A stretch of DNA of 62,935 nt, counting the filler, from Octopus bimaculoides (Eukaryota): NCBI RefSeq assembly GCF_001194135.2. It is 4 parts of 4 records of this genome, joined end to end, with 100 filler letters (N's around TTAATTAATTAA, not from the genome) between each part and the next. Parts side by side here need not be neighbours in the genome. Positions count along the whole stretch, not along the records: positions 1 to 28,504 come from NC_068991.1; 3 more parts are not named here. One strand, written 5' to 3'. The notes beneath the pieces are model-generated. The model was not told the origin of the DNA, did no database searches, and saw only the letters and a program-made list of their open reading frames with translations. The position numbers and the translations under genes were made by a program. Numbering within the stretch: position 1 is the first letter of the stretch; each line of letters opens with the position of its first letter. Shown piece by piece: positions 14,206 through 28,378 of the stretch.

Positions 14206-14594
14206 TACGTGTAGATTTAGATGTTTTGTTTTATTTATGTATTTTCATGCGTATAGTTACATATCTAGACATACTCGTATGTATGTCAGTTTTCAGTTTT
14301 ATTTCAAGATAGATACATACATACATACATACATACATACATGCATACATACACGCACATACACACGCAGACACACACACGCACGCACGCACGCAGACAC
14401 ACACACACTCACTAACAGATATGCAGTACCTCTTAACATGTGTTTAATAACGAAAGTGCTTGCACACAAAACGTAAAATTCCCTCCAAATTGTTTGTGAC
14501 ATTTTTCTCTTGTTGATTTTTGTTTTAAACATATAACTTTGAAGTAAATCTTACTTCAGATATGTATATTCATATAGAGATACATAACAAACAC

Positions 14595-14640
<46 letters not shown>

Positions 14641-15044
14641 TATATATACATATACCAATTAAGACGATTTACATCTGGTGTTGGTAATTGCCTTAACTTG
14701 CCAATAGTGTGCTGTATATTAATAATTATATTTTATCTATGGAAAGTGGTATGTATAAGTTCGTACATATACGTATATATGGATACGTATATATACATAT
14801 ATACATACATACATACACACACACAAAACAAACCCGCCCTGAGACACACAAATACACACACACACACAACCGTATACAACACACATCATTATAGAGTATA
14901 ACATGGCTATTAAAATGCAGGCTACGACAGTTTATGAAATCAATTAGCATCACAAAATAATTTATGCAATGTGTGAATCGGAGTTCAGATTCAGGAAATT
15001 GAGAAGAACGCCTGATATACTTTCTGTACACATATCAAAAGTTG

Positions 15045-15175
15045 CTTCCCATAGACATGAGCAACCAGGTGATATCTAGAACTAGTCAATTTATAGTATG
15101 TGAATGGATGGGCCATGCAGTGGGAATGAACCCGGAACCATGTGGTTGGTAAAGAGGTCATCCTTAAGCAAACAC
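15045..15175 (-). mobile_element. SINE family A, diverged 5' fragment
   Basis: gccatgcagtgggaatgaacccggaaccatgtggttggtaa is the reverse complement of the family A head. Confidence 0.6.
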
Positions 15176-15186
15176 GCATATCTCTA

Positions 15187-15217
<31 letters not shown>

Positions 15218-15641
15218 TTAGTTCTCTTTCTCACCCTCTTTACATGTATATATATCTATATATGCATGCATATATGGGTGAAAGTGCTTGTGTACGTGTG
15301 TATATGTGTAGAAATGTATGAGTAGGTGTGTATGAGCGTGTGTGTGAGAGTGTGTGTATAATATATGTCGGTTTATGAAGCAGTTTATGTAGTTGTTTTA
15401 TTTAAAAAATGATATAATATGCCTAAGCTTTTTCTTACACAACGCATACATTTTGGAGATATAGCTAAAACGTTCGTCCACTCATACGTTGGTGTATACC
15501 ACGTGTTTGTGTATGCGTATATGGACACACGAACCCGTATTCCTACACGTAATGTATACATACATACATATATACATACCTACATACATACATACATACG
15601 TACATACATGCATACATACGTACATACATGCATACATACAT

Positions 15642-15730
<89 letters not shown>

Positions 15731-17004
15731 TATAAATATGTATATATATATATATATAAGTTTATATATATGTATGTATACACACGCGCACACACACACA
15801 CATATATGTATATATACATACATATGCATATATGTGCGTGTGCGTGTAGACATCTGTTTACATATACCTGATGTTTGCTGATCTCTGTTTTCCTCTCTCC
15901 ATATATACATACGCTCAAGCACAGGCATACGTACTGTCCTGCATATGTATATATATATACATATGTATATATACGCACATATATATATACATACATATTT
16001 ATATATATANNNNNNNNNNNNNNNNNNNNNNNNNNNNNNNNNNNNNNNNNNNNNNNNNNNNNNNNNNNNNNNNNNNNNNNNNNNNNNNNNNNNNNNNNNN
16101 NNNNNNNNNNNNNNNNNNNNNNNNNNNNNNNNNNNNNNNNNNNNNNNNNNNNNNNNNNNNNNNNNNNNNNNNNNNNNNNNNNNNNNNNNNNNNNNNNNNN
16201 NNNNNNNNNNNNNNNNNNNNNNNNNNNNNNNNNNNNNNNNNNNNNNNNNNNNNNNNNNNNNNNNNNNNNNNNNNNNNNNNNNNNNNNNNNNNNNNNNNNN
16301 NNNNNNNNNNNNNNNNNNNNNNNNNNNNNNNNNNNNNNNNNNNNNNNNNNNNNNNNNNNNNNNNNNNNNNNNNNNNNNNNNNNNNNNNNNNNNNNNNNNN
16401 NNNNNNNNNNNNNNNNNNNNNNNNNNNNNNNNNNNNNNNNNNNNNNNNNNNNNNNNNNNNNNNNNNNNNNNNNNNNNNNNNNNNNNNNNNNNNNNNNNNN
16501 NNNNNNNNNNNNNNNNNNNNNNNNNNNNNNNNNNNNNNNNNNNNNNNNNNNNNNNNNNNNNNNNNNNNNNNNNNNNNNNNNNNNNNNNNNNNNNNNNNNN
16601 NNNNNNNNNNNNNNNNNNNNNNNNNNNNNNNNNNNNNNNNNNNNNNNNNNNNNNNNNNNNNNNNNNNNNNNNNNNNNNNNNNNNNNNNNNNNNNNNNNNN
16701 NNNNNNNNNNNNNNNNNNNNNNNNNNNNNNNNNNNNNNNNNNNNNNNNNNNNNNNNNNNNNNNNNNNNNNNNNNNNNNNNNNNNNNNNNNNNNNNNNNNN
16801 NNNNNNNNNNNNNNNNNNNNNNNNNNNNNNNNNNNNNNNNNNNNNNNNNNNNNNNNNNNNNNNNNNNNNNNNNNNNNNNNNNNNNNNNNNNNNNNNNNNN
16901 NNNNNNNNNNNNNNNNNNNNNNNNNNNNNNNNNNNNNNNNNNNNNNNNNNNNNNAACGTATGCTCTCGATATGAAAGTTGATAACTGTTATGATTCTACT
17001 TCTA

Positions 17005-17420
17005 TCATCACCACCACCGCCACCACCACCACCACCACCACCACCGTCAACTCTATCACCACTGCTACTACAAGTGTCGCTACTACAAATACTTATAATA
17101 ATAAGTCTAATAATAATGATGATAATAATAATAATGATTATGATGATGATGTGGATGATGATGATATCGGCAACGCTCACGACAATGTTGATCATGGGGA
17201 CGACGATGATGATGATGATGATGACAATAACGACGACGACGACGTCGATGATGATGATGATGGTGATGATGATGATGGTGATGATGATGATGGTGATGGT
17301 GATGATGATGATGTTGATGATGATGATGGTGATGATGATGATGTTGATGATGATGATGGTGATGATGATGATGGTGATGTTGATGATGGTGATGATGAAG
17401 TGGAGGTGGGTGGTATGATG
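17005..17420. repeat. Compound (CAC)n/(AAT)n/(GAT,GGT)n low-complexity tract
   Basis: Directly visible; the source of the poly-D/M/S ORFs. Confidence 0.95.
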
Positions 17421-17628
17421 ATGCTCTTAAATGGTCTCGTCATGAAATATTTATAGCTTCTATTCCTCCAACCAGTTTTAGCCTGCAGTCTCTGTCATCT
17501 ACACAAGTTAATAACAATAATCCTCAATAGCAGTTCAAAATTCACAGCAGTGTGATAAAGATTTATGACATGCTATAAACCTGAGATTAATTAACTTTTT
17601 ACCTTTACATATATACATATATATATAT

Positions 17629-17663
<35 letters not shown>

Positions 17664-18550
17664 NNNNNNNNNNNNNNNNNNNNNNNNNNNNNNNNNNNNN
17701 NNNNNNNNNNNNNNNNNNNNNNNNNNNNNNNNNNNNNNNNNNNNNNNNNNNNNNNNNNNNNNNNNNNNNNNNNNNNNNNNNNNNNNNNNNNNNNNNNNNN
17801 NNNNNNNNNNNNNNNNNNNNNNNNNNNNNNNNNNNNNNNNNNNNNNNNNNNNNNNNNNNNNNNNNNNNNNNNNNNNNNNNNNNNNNNNNNNNNNNNNNNN
17901 NNNNNNNNNNNNNNNNNNNNNNNNNNNNNNNNNNNNNNNNNNNNNNNNNNNNNNNNNNNNNNNNNNNNNNNNNNNNNNNNNNNNNNNNNNNNNNNNNNNN
18001 NNNNNNNNNNNNNNNNNNNNNNNNNNNNNNNNNNNNNNNNNNNNNNNNNNNNNNNNNNNNNNNNNNNNNNNNNNNNNNNNNNNNNNNNNNNNNNNNNNNN
18101 NNNNNNNNNNNNNNNNNNNNNNNNNNNNNNNNNNNNNNNNNNNNNNNNNNNNNNNNNNNNNNNNNNNNNNNNNNNNNNNNNNNNNNNNNNNNNNNNNNNN
18201 NNNNNNNNNNNNNNNNNNNNNNNNNNNNNNNNNNNNNNNNNNNNNNNNNNNNNNNNNNNNNNNNNNNNNNNNNNNNNNNNNNNNNNNNNNNNNNNNNNNN
18301 NNNNNNNNNNNNNNNNNNNNNNNNNNNNNNNNNNNNNNNNNNNNNNNNNNNNNNNNNNNNNNNNNNNNNNNNNNNNNNNNNNNNNNNNNNNNNNNNNNNN
18401 NNNNNNNNNNNNNNNNNNNNNNNNNNNNNNNNNNNNNNNNNNNNNNNNNNNNNNNNNNNNNNNNNNNNNNNNNNNNNNNNNNNNNNNNNNNNNNNNNNNN
18501 NNNNNNNNNNNNNNNNNNNNNNNNNNNNNNNNNNNNNNNNNNNNNNNNNN

Positions 18551-18613
<63 letters not shown>

Positions 18614-19403
18614 AAGAAGGAAAGAAAGAGAAGAAGAAGAGAAAGAGAGAGAAAGACGCTTAAATAATGTCTGATATGCGAATTTTGCACTGCTCAATCG
18701 GAACGTTGTGAGAGGAAACCAGACAGAACAAAATTGACATAAAGACGTACTTTAAAGAACATGATACGTGGTGGGAAATTAATAGATAATTTAAAAGAAA
18801 CATAATGATGGATAAATATAAAAAAGGCAAATGAGTGAGGAAGGATGTTTCTGCCAAATAATTTGTGAAAAAGAAGTTTGGTTTATTTCAAAATTTTAAT
18901 TCATTAATATCTTCAATTATGCATTAGCAATCTTCACACACCAAAATAAAATTTTAAAAAATATCTTATACTTGTTGTGTTGTTTTGTTGTCTAGTATTA
19001 CCAATATATAAATGGCAGCAGGACGTATCACTTAATTGTAAGTCTGCCCTGTGCAAAGAGATGAATTATTGAGTATATCAAGAACAGGTTAATAGCAAAC
19101 CATTCATTACCTGTAATTCTGGGCTGTTTTTTGTAGATTGTCACTGCAAACCATGTGAGGCTTAGAAATATAAAATAAATGTATAGGCCTTTAAATGTTT
19201 GGTCCCAGACTAACAATTTTGATTAAGTGGAAGTTGATTACAGCAACCCTAGTGATCGAAAGCTACTTATATTATCAACTCCAGATGTATAGAAAGCGAC
19301 GTTGATCCACGGATATTTGAACGCAGAACTGAAAGCGCTGGAAGAAATGTCACTAAGTACTTTTCAAGTGAAATAACAATTCTTCCAACTCTCCATCTCA
19401 TAA

Positions 19404-19620
19404 TGTTGTATTTTCCTTTCTTATATAAGCACAAGTCCTGAAATATCGGGGATGGGAGCTTGTTCTTTACATATATCTCAATACTCAACTGGTACTTATT
19501 TCCTCGACCCCAATCGATGAAGAGCAAAGACCACCTGTGCGGATTTTGAGCTCAACGTAAAGAGGGAAGAAATGCCGCTAAGCATTCCATCCGGCGTGGT
19601 AATGATCCTGGCAGCTCGAC
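19404..19620 (-). mobile_element. SINE family B copy
   Basis: The reverse complement reads gagctg...atgcttagcggcatttc...ctttacgttgagctcaaaatccgc...ggggtcga...aagtaccagt...atttcagg, shared with 23012, 27118 and 34445. Confidence 0.6.
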
Positions 19621-19689
19621 ATCTTGTAATAAATATTTAATAACAGTAAAATGTAAGTGACATAACTCGCAATGAAATATATATATATA

Positions 19690-20500
19690 TAGGGTGATCA
19701 GACGAAATGTAGACATGTTATTCAAATAATATCTCCATACAAAATGATATATCGAATTTAAATATGCTCAAATAAAGCCCAGAAAATGTAGATTAATTTT
19801 CGATATATCCACTCTACTCTTGGCATAGAGTCCTTGCCGGAGTCTGGGAACAAATTGGGAGCAAGTGGCACGAACAGATTCTTCGAAGATTTCGTCCCAG
19901 TATTTTTGTAAAAGGTGTTCAAGAGATCTGACACTCGTGTGAGTTTTAGGACAGACTTTGTTCTCAAGTATAGACCATATGCCAAAGTCCATCGGTTTTA
20001 GGTCGAGTGAAGAGGGTGTCCATAACTCTTTCGACCTGTACGCTTTGAAATTCTCTCGGTACCATTCTTGGACATTTTTTAACCCTATGAAATGTCAGAC
20101 CATCTTGTTGTAGAGTTATACCTTCGTCTTTATCTTTTAACATGTCCACTTAAATATGTTGGTTGATATATACACGATTATTATCGCAGGTTTCTGCCAC
20201 CGAAAGGATAATCGTTGTTCTACAGGAATGACCTCATTATTTGCAGCATATATATACGATCATTTTGTGCATTGTGGTACACTTTGCACACTGAATAAAG
20301 TTTCGTATATTTACATTATTGGTGGTTGCCTGCATCTCTCAGCTTTTGCAGAAAATTTGCACTTTGCAGTATTTTTGTCTTTGTGGCTTCAGACGGAAGA
20401 TGTGATTTTGATATCTTCTGTGGGAATAATTAAAGATCATTTTGCTATAAATTCCATACTCATTTCAAGAACTCTTATCAAACATTAACCCAACACTGTA
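19690..20500 (-). mobile_element. Tc1/mariner (maT/DD37D-like) transposase remnant with one TIR
   Basis: Minus-strand frames give QNDRIYA, TLQQDG and MDFGIWSILENKVCPKTHTSVRSLEHLLQKYWDEI...VRATCSQFVPRL. The TIR-like end tatagggtgatc near 19690 resembles TA|CAGGGTG. Confidence 0.75.
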
Positions 20501-22600
20501 TTCGTCGTGGTTGCTTCATTCTTTGCCGTTTTCCTATCTTTTGAGGTTACAATATAGACGTACGCGCACACACATCTCCCTCCCCCCTCTCTCTCTCTCT
20601 CTCTCTCACTTTCCTTCTCTGTCGCTCTGCATGTATATATATATATATACACCCATACATACATATATACAGATAGATTGATACATACATATACATATGT
20701 ATATGTGTGTGTGTATGTGTGTGTGTGTACGCATGTATGTATACATGTGTAGGTTGCGTGCGCGCATGCATATTATACGAATTACAAATGGTTTCTATAA
20801 ATTAAAGTAAGGCAACATACACAGATTGATAATAAGCTCCCGGCAAGCTGACTTTTGCCATATTATTTCCATTCCCAGCTGAAAGTCTTACACTTCACTT
20901 GCTTCTTCTCATTAATTATAAATTCCAACACAACACAATCGTAATGGTCTGGAGAGGGATAAACACTGCTGGCCATGTTTTCATTCCGAACAGTAACATG
21001 TAGAGATAATCTGTGTCTCCTTCTGAAATTCATTTTAAAAGGTTTACGTGATGATTTTATTTACATATTCTATTCCAGTTAGTTTATATTATTTTTGTAA
21101 GAAAATATTGTACATTAATATTTCCTGAGAAATATAGACAGCTTTTATTTACTACACGAAAACTTATAAAAATAGTTACTAATAATATAGGCATTTAGCA
21201 ACAGAGTGTCATGGGTGCCAGGCTGGCCATTTTCGAGGTTAGTATATCATTTTCTGTGTCTCGACGTCTAGAATCCCAAAAGGTTGGGAGGAAGAACCGG
21301 TGAGGCTTGCAATAAGGTCGAAAATCCGGCTGAAAAAAATTGTACCCAGACGCTATTGATACGACGTTCACTCCCCCAAACTCGGACCAGAGAGTTTAGT
21401 AACACACCGTGGTAAGCACACACGATGTATCATTTTTCGAGGTGTTATGACTCATTTTCTAATTTTCCTTGTTAACATCATGACGATAATGGACGGTAAT
21501 GGGCTATTATCTTACTACCTTGTCTTATCTCTTAAAGATACTTACCTCTTAAAGATACATACCTTAGTATATTAAAACACATACACTACCTTTAGAGGTC
21601 ACTCTATATTTTTCTAGGTATTATGGCTAAATATGCAATCTGATACACCGTTTTGTAGTACCGGAATATTCTACAAAATGAGAAAGGCGCAGTCATTGTT
21701 TTATCGTTCAGATACATACATAAATAAATACATTTACATACGTAGACTAATTAGAGATGGTCTTCACGGTTATTTTAAGACCACAACCACCGGTATATCA
21801 TATTCTGAAATCGCGAAACTTTGATTGCGTTTTTCAGGGTTTTTAAGTTATGGCGCTTACGACGGTCTACTATTAAACGCCTCAATTGTAGCAGCAGAAA
21901 ATTTTTTGTACGTAGAATGGCGAGCAGTTTTTGAGGATTATTGGAAGTTCATTATATCGAACCCCGTATTTGGCAATTACTTTTCAACGACCACGAAATA
22001 ATGCATGGCAAAGTGACCCGTGGCAGAATTTGAACTAAGTAGGTTAAGACCGACGAAATCTGCAAAGCGTTTTGCCCGGTGTGCTTATGTTTCTGTCTGC
22101 TCGCCTCCTCAATAACTAAGTAAAATGTACTAAACTGTAGGCTAAACGTATCACGAGTCTGGGATCTAAAGTATCGTAAAACCTTTATAATATTATGCAT
22201 AACACACCGTTTTACTGAACCATTGCAAGAGAAGAAAATGATCTATGATCAATTATATTTTGTTTTCCAGAATCAACCCTAGGCGCAGAAATATTACCCG
22301 ATATATATTATTGCTATGTTAATGCAACCTGCCGTGTGCTCACCATAGGAAAGATTCACCACATGAAAGCAGGCCTTCATAGCGTGTACGAAATAGAGAT
22401 CTGATGGGAGGTGTAGCTATTTAAACTTGAAGAAATCTTGAAGAATATTATGGAGTTCATAACTGAAACAACCATAACCAGAATCTTCGCAATCAATAAA
22501 CAATATATACCTATATGAATAACGAATACAGGTACCAAACCTTAAAAAATATCTTGACGTTTCAAACGTCTCACTATAACGAAAAGTGCTGCGTGCCACT

Positions 22601-22819
22601 TATGAGGGGTTTTTGAAAAGTTCCTGGCTTTAAGGTTATCTCGAAAGGCCTGGTTGAAGGCCCAGACTTCCGAGTTCTTTTACAAGGCTTAGAAAAACTG
22701 AAGGACCGCTGGAATGAGTTTGTGAATCTGACCGGGGAATATGTTGAATACTATCATAATCATCTTATCCTCCTTATTTTCAGGAGGATAATCCAGGAAC
22801 TTTTTAGCATCTCCTAGTA
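22601..22819 (+). mobile_element. Internally deleted mariner-derived MITE
   Basis: Imperfect ~27-bp TIRs (tatgaggggtttttgaaaagttcctgg ... ccaggaactttttagcatctcctagta) around the mariner C-terminal peptide LQGLEKLKDRWNEFVNLTGEYVE. Confidence 0.7.
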
Positions 22820-23011
22820 CTGTTAACGAGTGAAACAGAAGGCGAAACATTGTGACCATCTGTATTTGAAGAACATGTGGTTGGATTGGCTGAAGCATAA
22901 CGAAAATGTTTCTAACCAACAGATTTATCTACACAGAAAATATGAACTGCAAGAATTTCAACTCAGGACATACTGCAGTCCAACATATTTTGTTATAAAT
23001 GGACTCAAGGA

Positions 23012-23365
23012 GACGAGCTGACCGAATAGTTAACCCACCGGACAATGTGATTGGCCTCATTTCGTTTGGTTTTATGTTCTGACTCCAAATGCCACCGAGG
23101 TAGACTTTGCCTTTCGTAATTTCGAATTTCGACATCGATATAATCAACTTCCTCGCGCTTTAAAAGTAGCTGGCTATATAATAATAAAAATAAAATTTTT
23201 AAAAAAGTTATTTTCGCTAGTTCAAATCCCACCGAGGTCAGTTTGCTTTTTATCCTTTCGGGGTCTACAAATTAAAGTACCAGTTAAGACCTAGTCGGTC
23301 AATGTAATCGAGTTGCAACTGTCTTCCTCTCCTAATTGCTGGTTGCCTGCCAAAAATTAGAAAGA
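23012..23365 (+). mobile_element. Two adjacent partial SINE family B copies
   Basis: gttctgactccaaatgccaccgaggtagactttgcctttc and gttcaaatcccaccgaggtcagtttgctttttatcctttcggggtc...aagtaccagt. Confidence 0.6.
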
Positions 23366-24381
23366 ACTATAAAGAAAAAGAAGAAAATCCGAGTAAAGAA
23401 GAGGAGAGGAAAAGAAAAATTAAATGAAATGATGATGCACAGCAAGAAAATGAAGATGAATAAAATAGCATTGAGGTGGATTGTTGCTTGTATTGTTGTT
23501 GTTGTTGGCACGTTGAAGCCATTAAGGCAATTATTGTAACACTGTCTCTTTATAGAGGCGGCCTTTACAGCAGGGTGTAATGCATTTTATTTTAACCCAT
23601 TTATGTTCTGTGTTTGCCATTTATATCGAATGTGTTTATTATTGCGATTCCTTGTGTAGTGTGTAAATGTGACTGTGTTTTCTGAGTATGTGCGTCTGTG
23701 AAGAGTGTGTATGTGCGTGTGTATGTCATTAGGAGTGTGCGCGAGTATGGCTGTGTCGACGACGTCATCATTCCCATAAGCCCTCTTCATTTCCATACAC
23801 TCCACAACACACATCCAATGCCATTAAAACCTCCCTACCATTTTCAGGAATAATGAAAGCAATGCTCAACCATTTCCTCACTGGCACGCTCTCTCTCTCT
23901 CTGTCTCTCTCTCGAACGCTCTCGATCACTCTCTAGCACGCTCTGTCTCTCCTTCTACTTCCTCCTCCTCTTCTTCTTTTTCTGTTTTATTCTCTCCCTT
24001 TTCTCTCTCTCTCTTCTGTTGTCTCTCTTGCTTCTCTCTCTCCCTTTCTCCCTCTCACTTACTTAATATCTTAGTCTCTCTGCCTCTGTCTTTCTCTATC
24101 TATCTCTATTTGTCCCTCACTGGTTCTCTCTCTCTCTGTCTCTCCTGAAACATTTATACAAACACATACACATATATTTACATATGCAAACACACACATA
24201 TAAACATATACAGATGCACACATACCCCCTTATGCCTCTAACACACACGAAGACCACACGCTCTCACTGCAATCCCTATTGCATGTGTGCAGCAATAGTT
24301 ACAGCAATACGGAAGAAGACCACCAATATCAACCCCGTCACCACCACCGCCAACACCACCACCACCACAATCCTACTCCTT

Positions 24382-24424
<43 letters not shown>

Positions 24425-24923
24425 CCACCAACGCCACCATCAGTTCGATCGTTCGCAGTGTCTTGAGGATCGTCGTCGTCAATAGCATCATCATCAGCAG
24501 CAGCAGCAGCAGTAGTAGAATGCAAGACAGCAGGAACTTTCTTTCTAAAGAGACTAACCACTGCCTGTGGGAAAATAAAAGACATTCCTGTGATTTATCG
24601 CGCGTCTCTGCCGATGCCTCTTACGTTTCTCTAGCAATGTTTTGGCATTAACTTCATCAAGTCAAATAATGCTTTCAAGCAGAATTTTCATAAAACAATA
24701 ATAATAAGAACAATAAACAAAAAAACGCAACAACAACAACAACAATAAGAGCAACAAAAACCGACAATAACAACAACAACAACAATGATAACAAAGCAAG
24801 AAATGCAGCCTGTATATTCTACTTGTGTATGTGTCCATATGTGTTGTTGTGTATGTGTATGTTTGTTTGTTCTTGCGTATGTGTACTGTTTCTGTGTGTT
24901 CTATATATGCATATGTATGTGTG

Positions 24924-24980
<57 letters not shown>

Positions 24981-24991
24981 NNNNNNNNNNG

Positions 24992-25052
<61 letters not shown>

Positions 25053-25749
25053 GTATATATACATGTATGTATATATACATGTATGTATGTCTGTGGCCTT
25101 GTGATGTGCGCGCTCGCGTGCGTGTGTATATATTTTTATGTATATATGTGTGTGTGCGTGACAGTGTGGTTTTGTGCGTGTATGTTTTTTGTGTATATAT
25201 GTGTGCGCGTGTGGGTGTGAGAGTGTGTGTATTTGCGTGTGTGTAATCGCGAGTGTGCTTGAATATGTGAGGGCGTGTGTATGTGTGTGTGTGAGTGTAT
25301 GTGTGTGTTGGGGGACTGTATGTGTATGAGTGTATATATGTGTATGAGAGAGAGAGAGGTTGTGTGTGTTTGTGTCAATGTGTGTGTGTGTGTGTTTATG
25401 TGTGGGTTTCATAGATCTTCCCCCGTTTATACATGAGCAATGTTGCTAACTTTGTTTTTGTTGTTATTACTCTTTCACCATGTTCTTCTTTGGCTTTTGC
25501 CATTTATTCATTTCTTCATTTTTCTTTCGGGGTGGGGGCGGCGAAGAAGATTGCTTAAGATTTTTTCTTTTGTTTTAATTTTCTATATATAATCATTTTA
25601 TATCTATTTATCTCATTTTTTTTGTTGTTGTTGTTATTATTATTCTTCTTGCAAGTTGTAAATGCATTCGTTGTTTTTTTGTTATTCCTAATGATAATGT
25701 TTTTATTAACGCTTTTGTTAACTTTGTTATTGTTGTTCTCTAATTGTTG

Positions 25750-25750
25750 T

Positions 25751-25796
<46 letters not shown>

Positions 25797-26957
25797 CATA
25801 ATGATGATGGTGGTGGTGGTGGTGATGCTGACGATATTGTGTCTGTTGGTTCTCTTGTTAGGGTTGTTGATCTTGTTGTTGTTGTTGACGTTGCCTTTGA
25901 ATTCCAAATTGCTGTTATTGGTTTTCGTCTTCGTGTTTTTCTTGACATCATCAGTTTTACTTCAGTTTCTTCATCATACTTTTCTTTTTCATAATCATCG
26001 ACATCGTCATGCTCATTATTTTCATTTCAACCACATTCTTCTTCTTCTTCTTCTTCTCCTCCTCCTCCTCCTCCTTATTCTTCTTCTCCTTCTTCTTCTT
26101 ATTCCACCTCCCTCTTCTTCTTCTTCTTCTTCTCCTCCTCCTCCTCCTCCTCCTTATTCTTCTTCTCCTTATTATTCTTATTCCTCCTCCCTCTTCTTCT
26201 TCTTCTTCTCCTTCTCCTTCTTCTTCTTCTCCTTCTCNNNNNNNNNNNNNNNNNNNNNNNNNNNNNNNNNNNNNNNNNNNNNNNNNNNNNNNNNNNNNNN
26301 NNNNNNNNNNNNNNNNNNNNNNNNNNNNNNNNNNNNNNNNNNNNNNNNNNNNNNNNNNNNNNNNNNNNNNNNNNNNNNNNNNNNNNNNNNNNNNNNNNNN
26401 NNNNNNNNNNNNNNNNNNNNNNNNNNNNNNNNNNNNNNNNNNNNNNNNNNNNNNNNNNNNNNNNNNNNNNNNNNNNNNNNNNNNNNNNNNNNNNNNNNNN
26501 NNNNNNNNNNNNNNNNNNNNNNNNNNNNNNNNNNNNNNNNNNNNNNNNNNNNNNNNNNNNNNNNNNNNNNNNNNNNNNNNNNNNNNNNNNNNNNNNNNNN
26601 NNNNNNNNNNNNNNNNNNNNNNNNNNNNNNNNNNNNNNNNNNNNNNNNNNNNNNNNNNNNNNNNNNNNNNNNNNNNNNNNNNNNNNNNNNNNNNNNNNNN
26701 NNNNNNNNNNNNNNNNNNNNNNNNNNNNNNNNNNNNNNNNNNNNNNNNNNNNNNNNNNNNNNNNNNNNNNNNNNNNNNNNNNNNNNNNNNNNNNNNNNNN
26801 NNNNNNNNNNNNNNNNNNNNNNNNNNNNNNNNNNNNNNNNNNNNNNNNNNNNNNNNNNNNNNNNNNNNNNNNNNNNNNNNNNNNNNNNNNNNNNNNNNNN
26901 NNNNNNNNNNNNNNNNNNNNNNNNNNNNNNNNNNNNNNNNNNNNNNNNNNNNNNNNN

Positions 26958-27011
<54 letters not shown>

Positions 27012-27078
27012 GTATTGCTGTTGTTACTACTACTACTACTACTACTACTACTACCACTACTACTACTACTACTACTAC

Positions 27079-27112
<34 letters not shown>
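25750..27112. repeat. (GAT)n, (CTT/CCT)n, N gap, then (TAT)n/(TAC)n low-complexity block
   Basis: Directly visible on both sides of the gap at 26238-26957. Confidence 0.92.
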
Positions 27113-27114
<2 letters not shown>

Positions 27115-27117
27115 GCT

Positions 27118-27305
27118 AGCAGGCTGACAGTATCGTTAGCATTTCTTCCGTCTTTATGTTCTGAGTTCAAATTCCGCCGTGGTCGACTGTAACATTTATC
27201 CTTTCAGGATCGAAAAATTGAGTATGGGTGCAACACTGGGGTGAACCTAATCGACTAGTCCCCGTCCACCAACATTTCAGGCCCTGTGCCTTTAGTAGAA
27301 AGAGG
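27118..27305 (+). mobile_element. SINE family B copy
   Basis: Runs catttcttccgtctttatgttctgagttcaaattccgccgtggtcgac...tcctttcaggatcga...atttcaggccctgtgcctttagtagaaag. Confidence 0.7.
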
Positions 27306-27819
27306 TATCATTATCATTATTATTTTGTTTCTTCACGTTTTTATTGTTTTTGCTTACTTTATTGTTTAACTTCGGGACTCTTCTTTCTTGTAGCTCTATC
27401 TTACAAATTTTCGTTATTCGTCAGAGGAATATAGAAATAAGCAAGAGAGGGAAAGACAAAGAAGAAGACAGACAGAGATAGTCAGAGACTGAGCGAAAGG
27501 AAGGGAGAGGCACAAAGAGAAAGAGAGGGGGTAACTAAGGAGACATATTATAGAGATTTATTGACTAAATCAATAAAACTACAGATGTCTGTAACGTGAA
27601 GGTTGTTTAATATTTCCAGAGTGCCCGACATTGTGTTAGGTCCGCGCCGGCACATATTCTTTTACATATTTACAGTAAATACATGGATTTCAATGCAATT
27701 GGTTCTACAGGTAATATAGCTGTTGTGTGTACATTGTTTCTGAGCATGGGCGGCGAGCTGGCAGAAACGTTAGCACGCTGGGTGAAATGCTTAGCGGTAT
27801 GTCGTCTGCCTTTACGTTT

Positions 27820-28132
27820 AGGCGCAGGAGTGGCTGTGTGGTAAGTAGCTTGCTTACCAAGCACATGGTTCCGGGTTCATTCCCACTGTGTGACACCTTG
27901 GGCTAGTGTCTTCTACTATAGCCTCGGGCCGACCAAAGCCATGTGAGTGGATTTGGTAGACGGAAACTGAAGGAAGCTCGTCGTATATATATGTATATGT
28001 ATATATATATGTATGTGTGTGTATATGTTTGTCAGTCTGTGTTTGTCTCCCAAGCATCGCTTGACAACCGACGGTGGTGTGTTTACGTTCCCGTAACTTA
28101 GCGGTTCGGTAAAATAAATCGATAGAATAGAA
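27820..28132 (+). mobile_element. SINE family A copy (CpG retained)
   Basis: Runs ggcgcaggagtggctgtgtggtaagtagcttgc...gcctcgggccgaccaaagcc...ggtagacggaaactg...(TA/TG)n...cttgacaaccgacggtggtgtgtttacg...gatagaatag. Confidence 0.85.
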
Positions 28133-28184
28133 ATTTTTCGAGCCTGGATTCTCATTCCTAAAGTATTTTTCAATGCTGTTGTTG

Positions 28185-28186
<2 letters not shown>

Positions 28187-28253
<67 letters not shown>

Positions 28254-28378
28254 TCACTGCCTGGAATCGAATTCGGAATTTTGGGGTTAGTAGCTCGCGC
28301 TCTTAACCACTACGCCTTATGCCCGTGGGCTGCTCTTAACCACTACGCCAAATGCCGGAGTTCGATTCCAGGCAGTAA

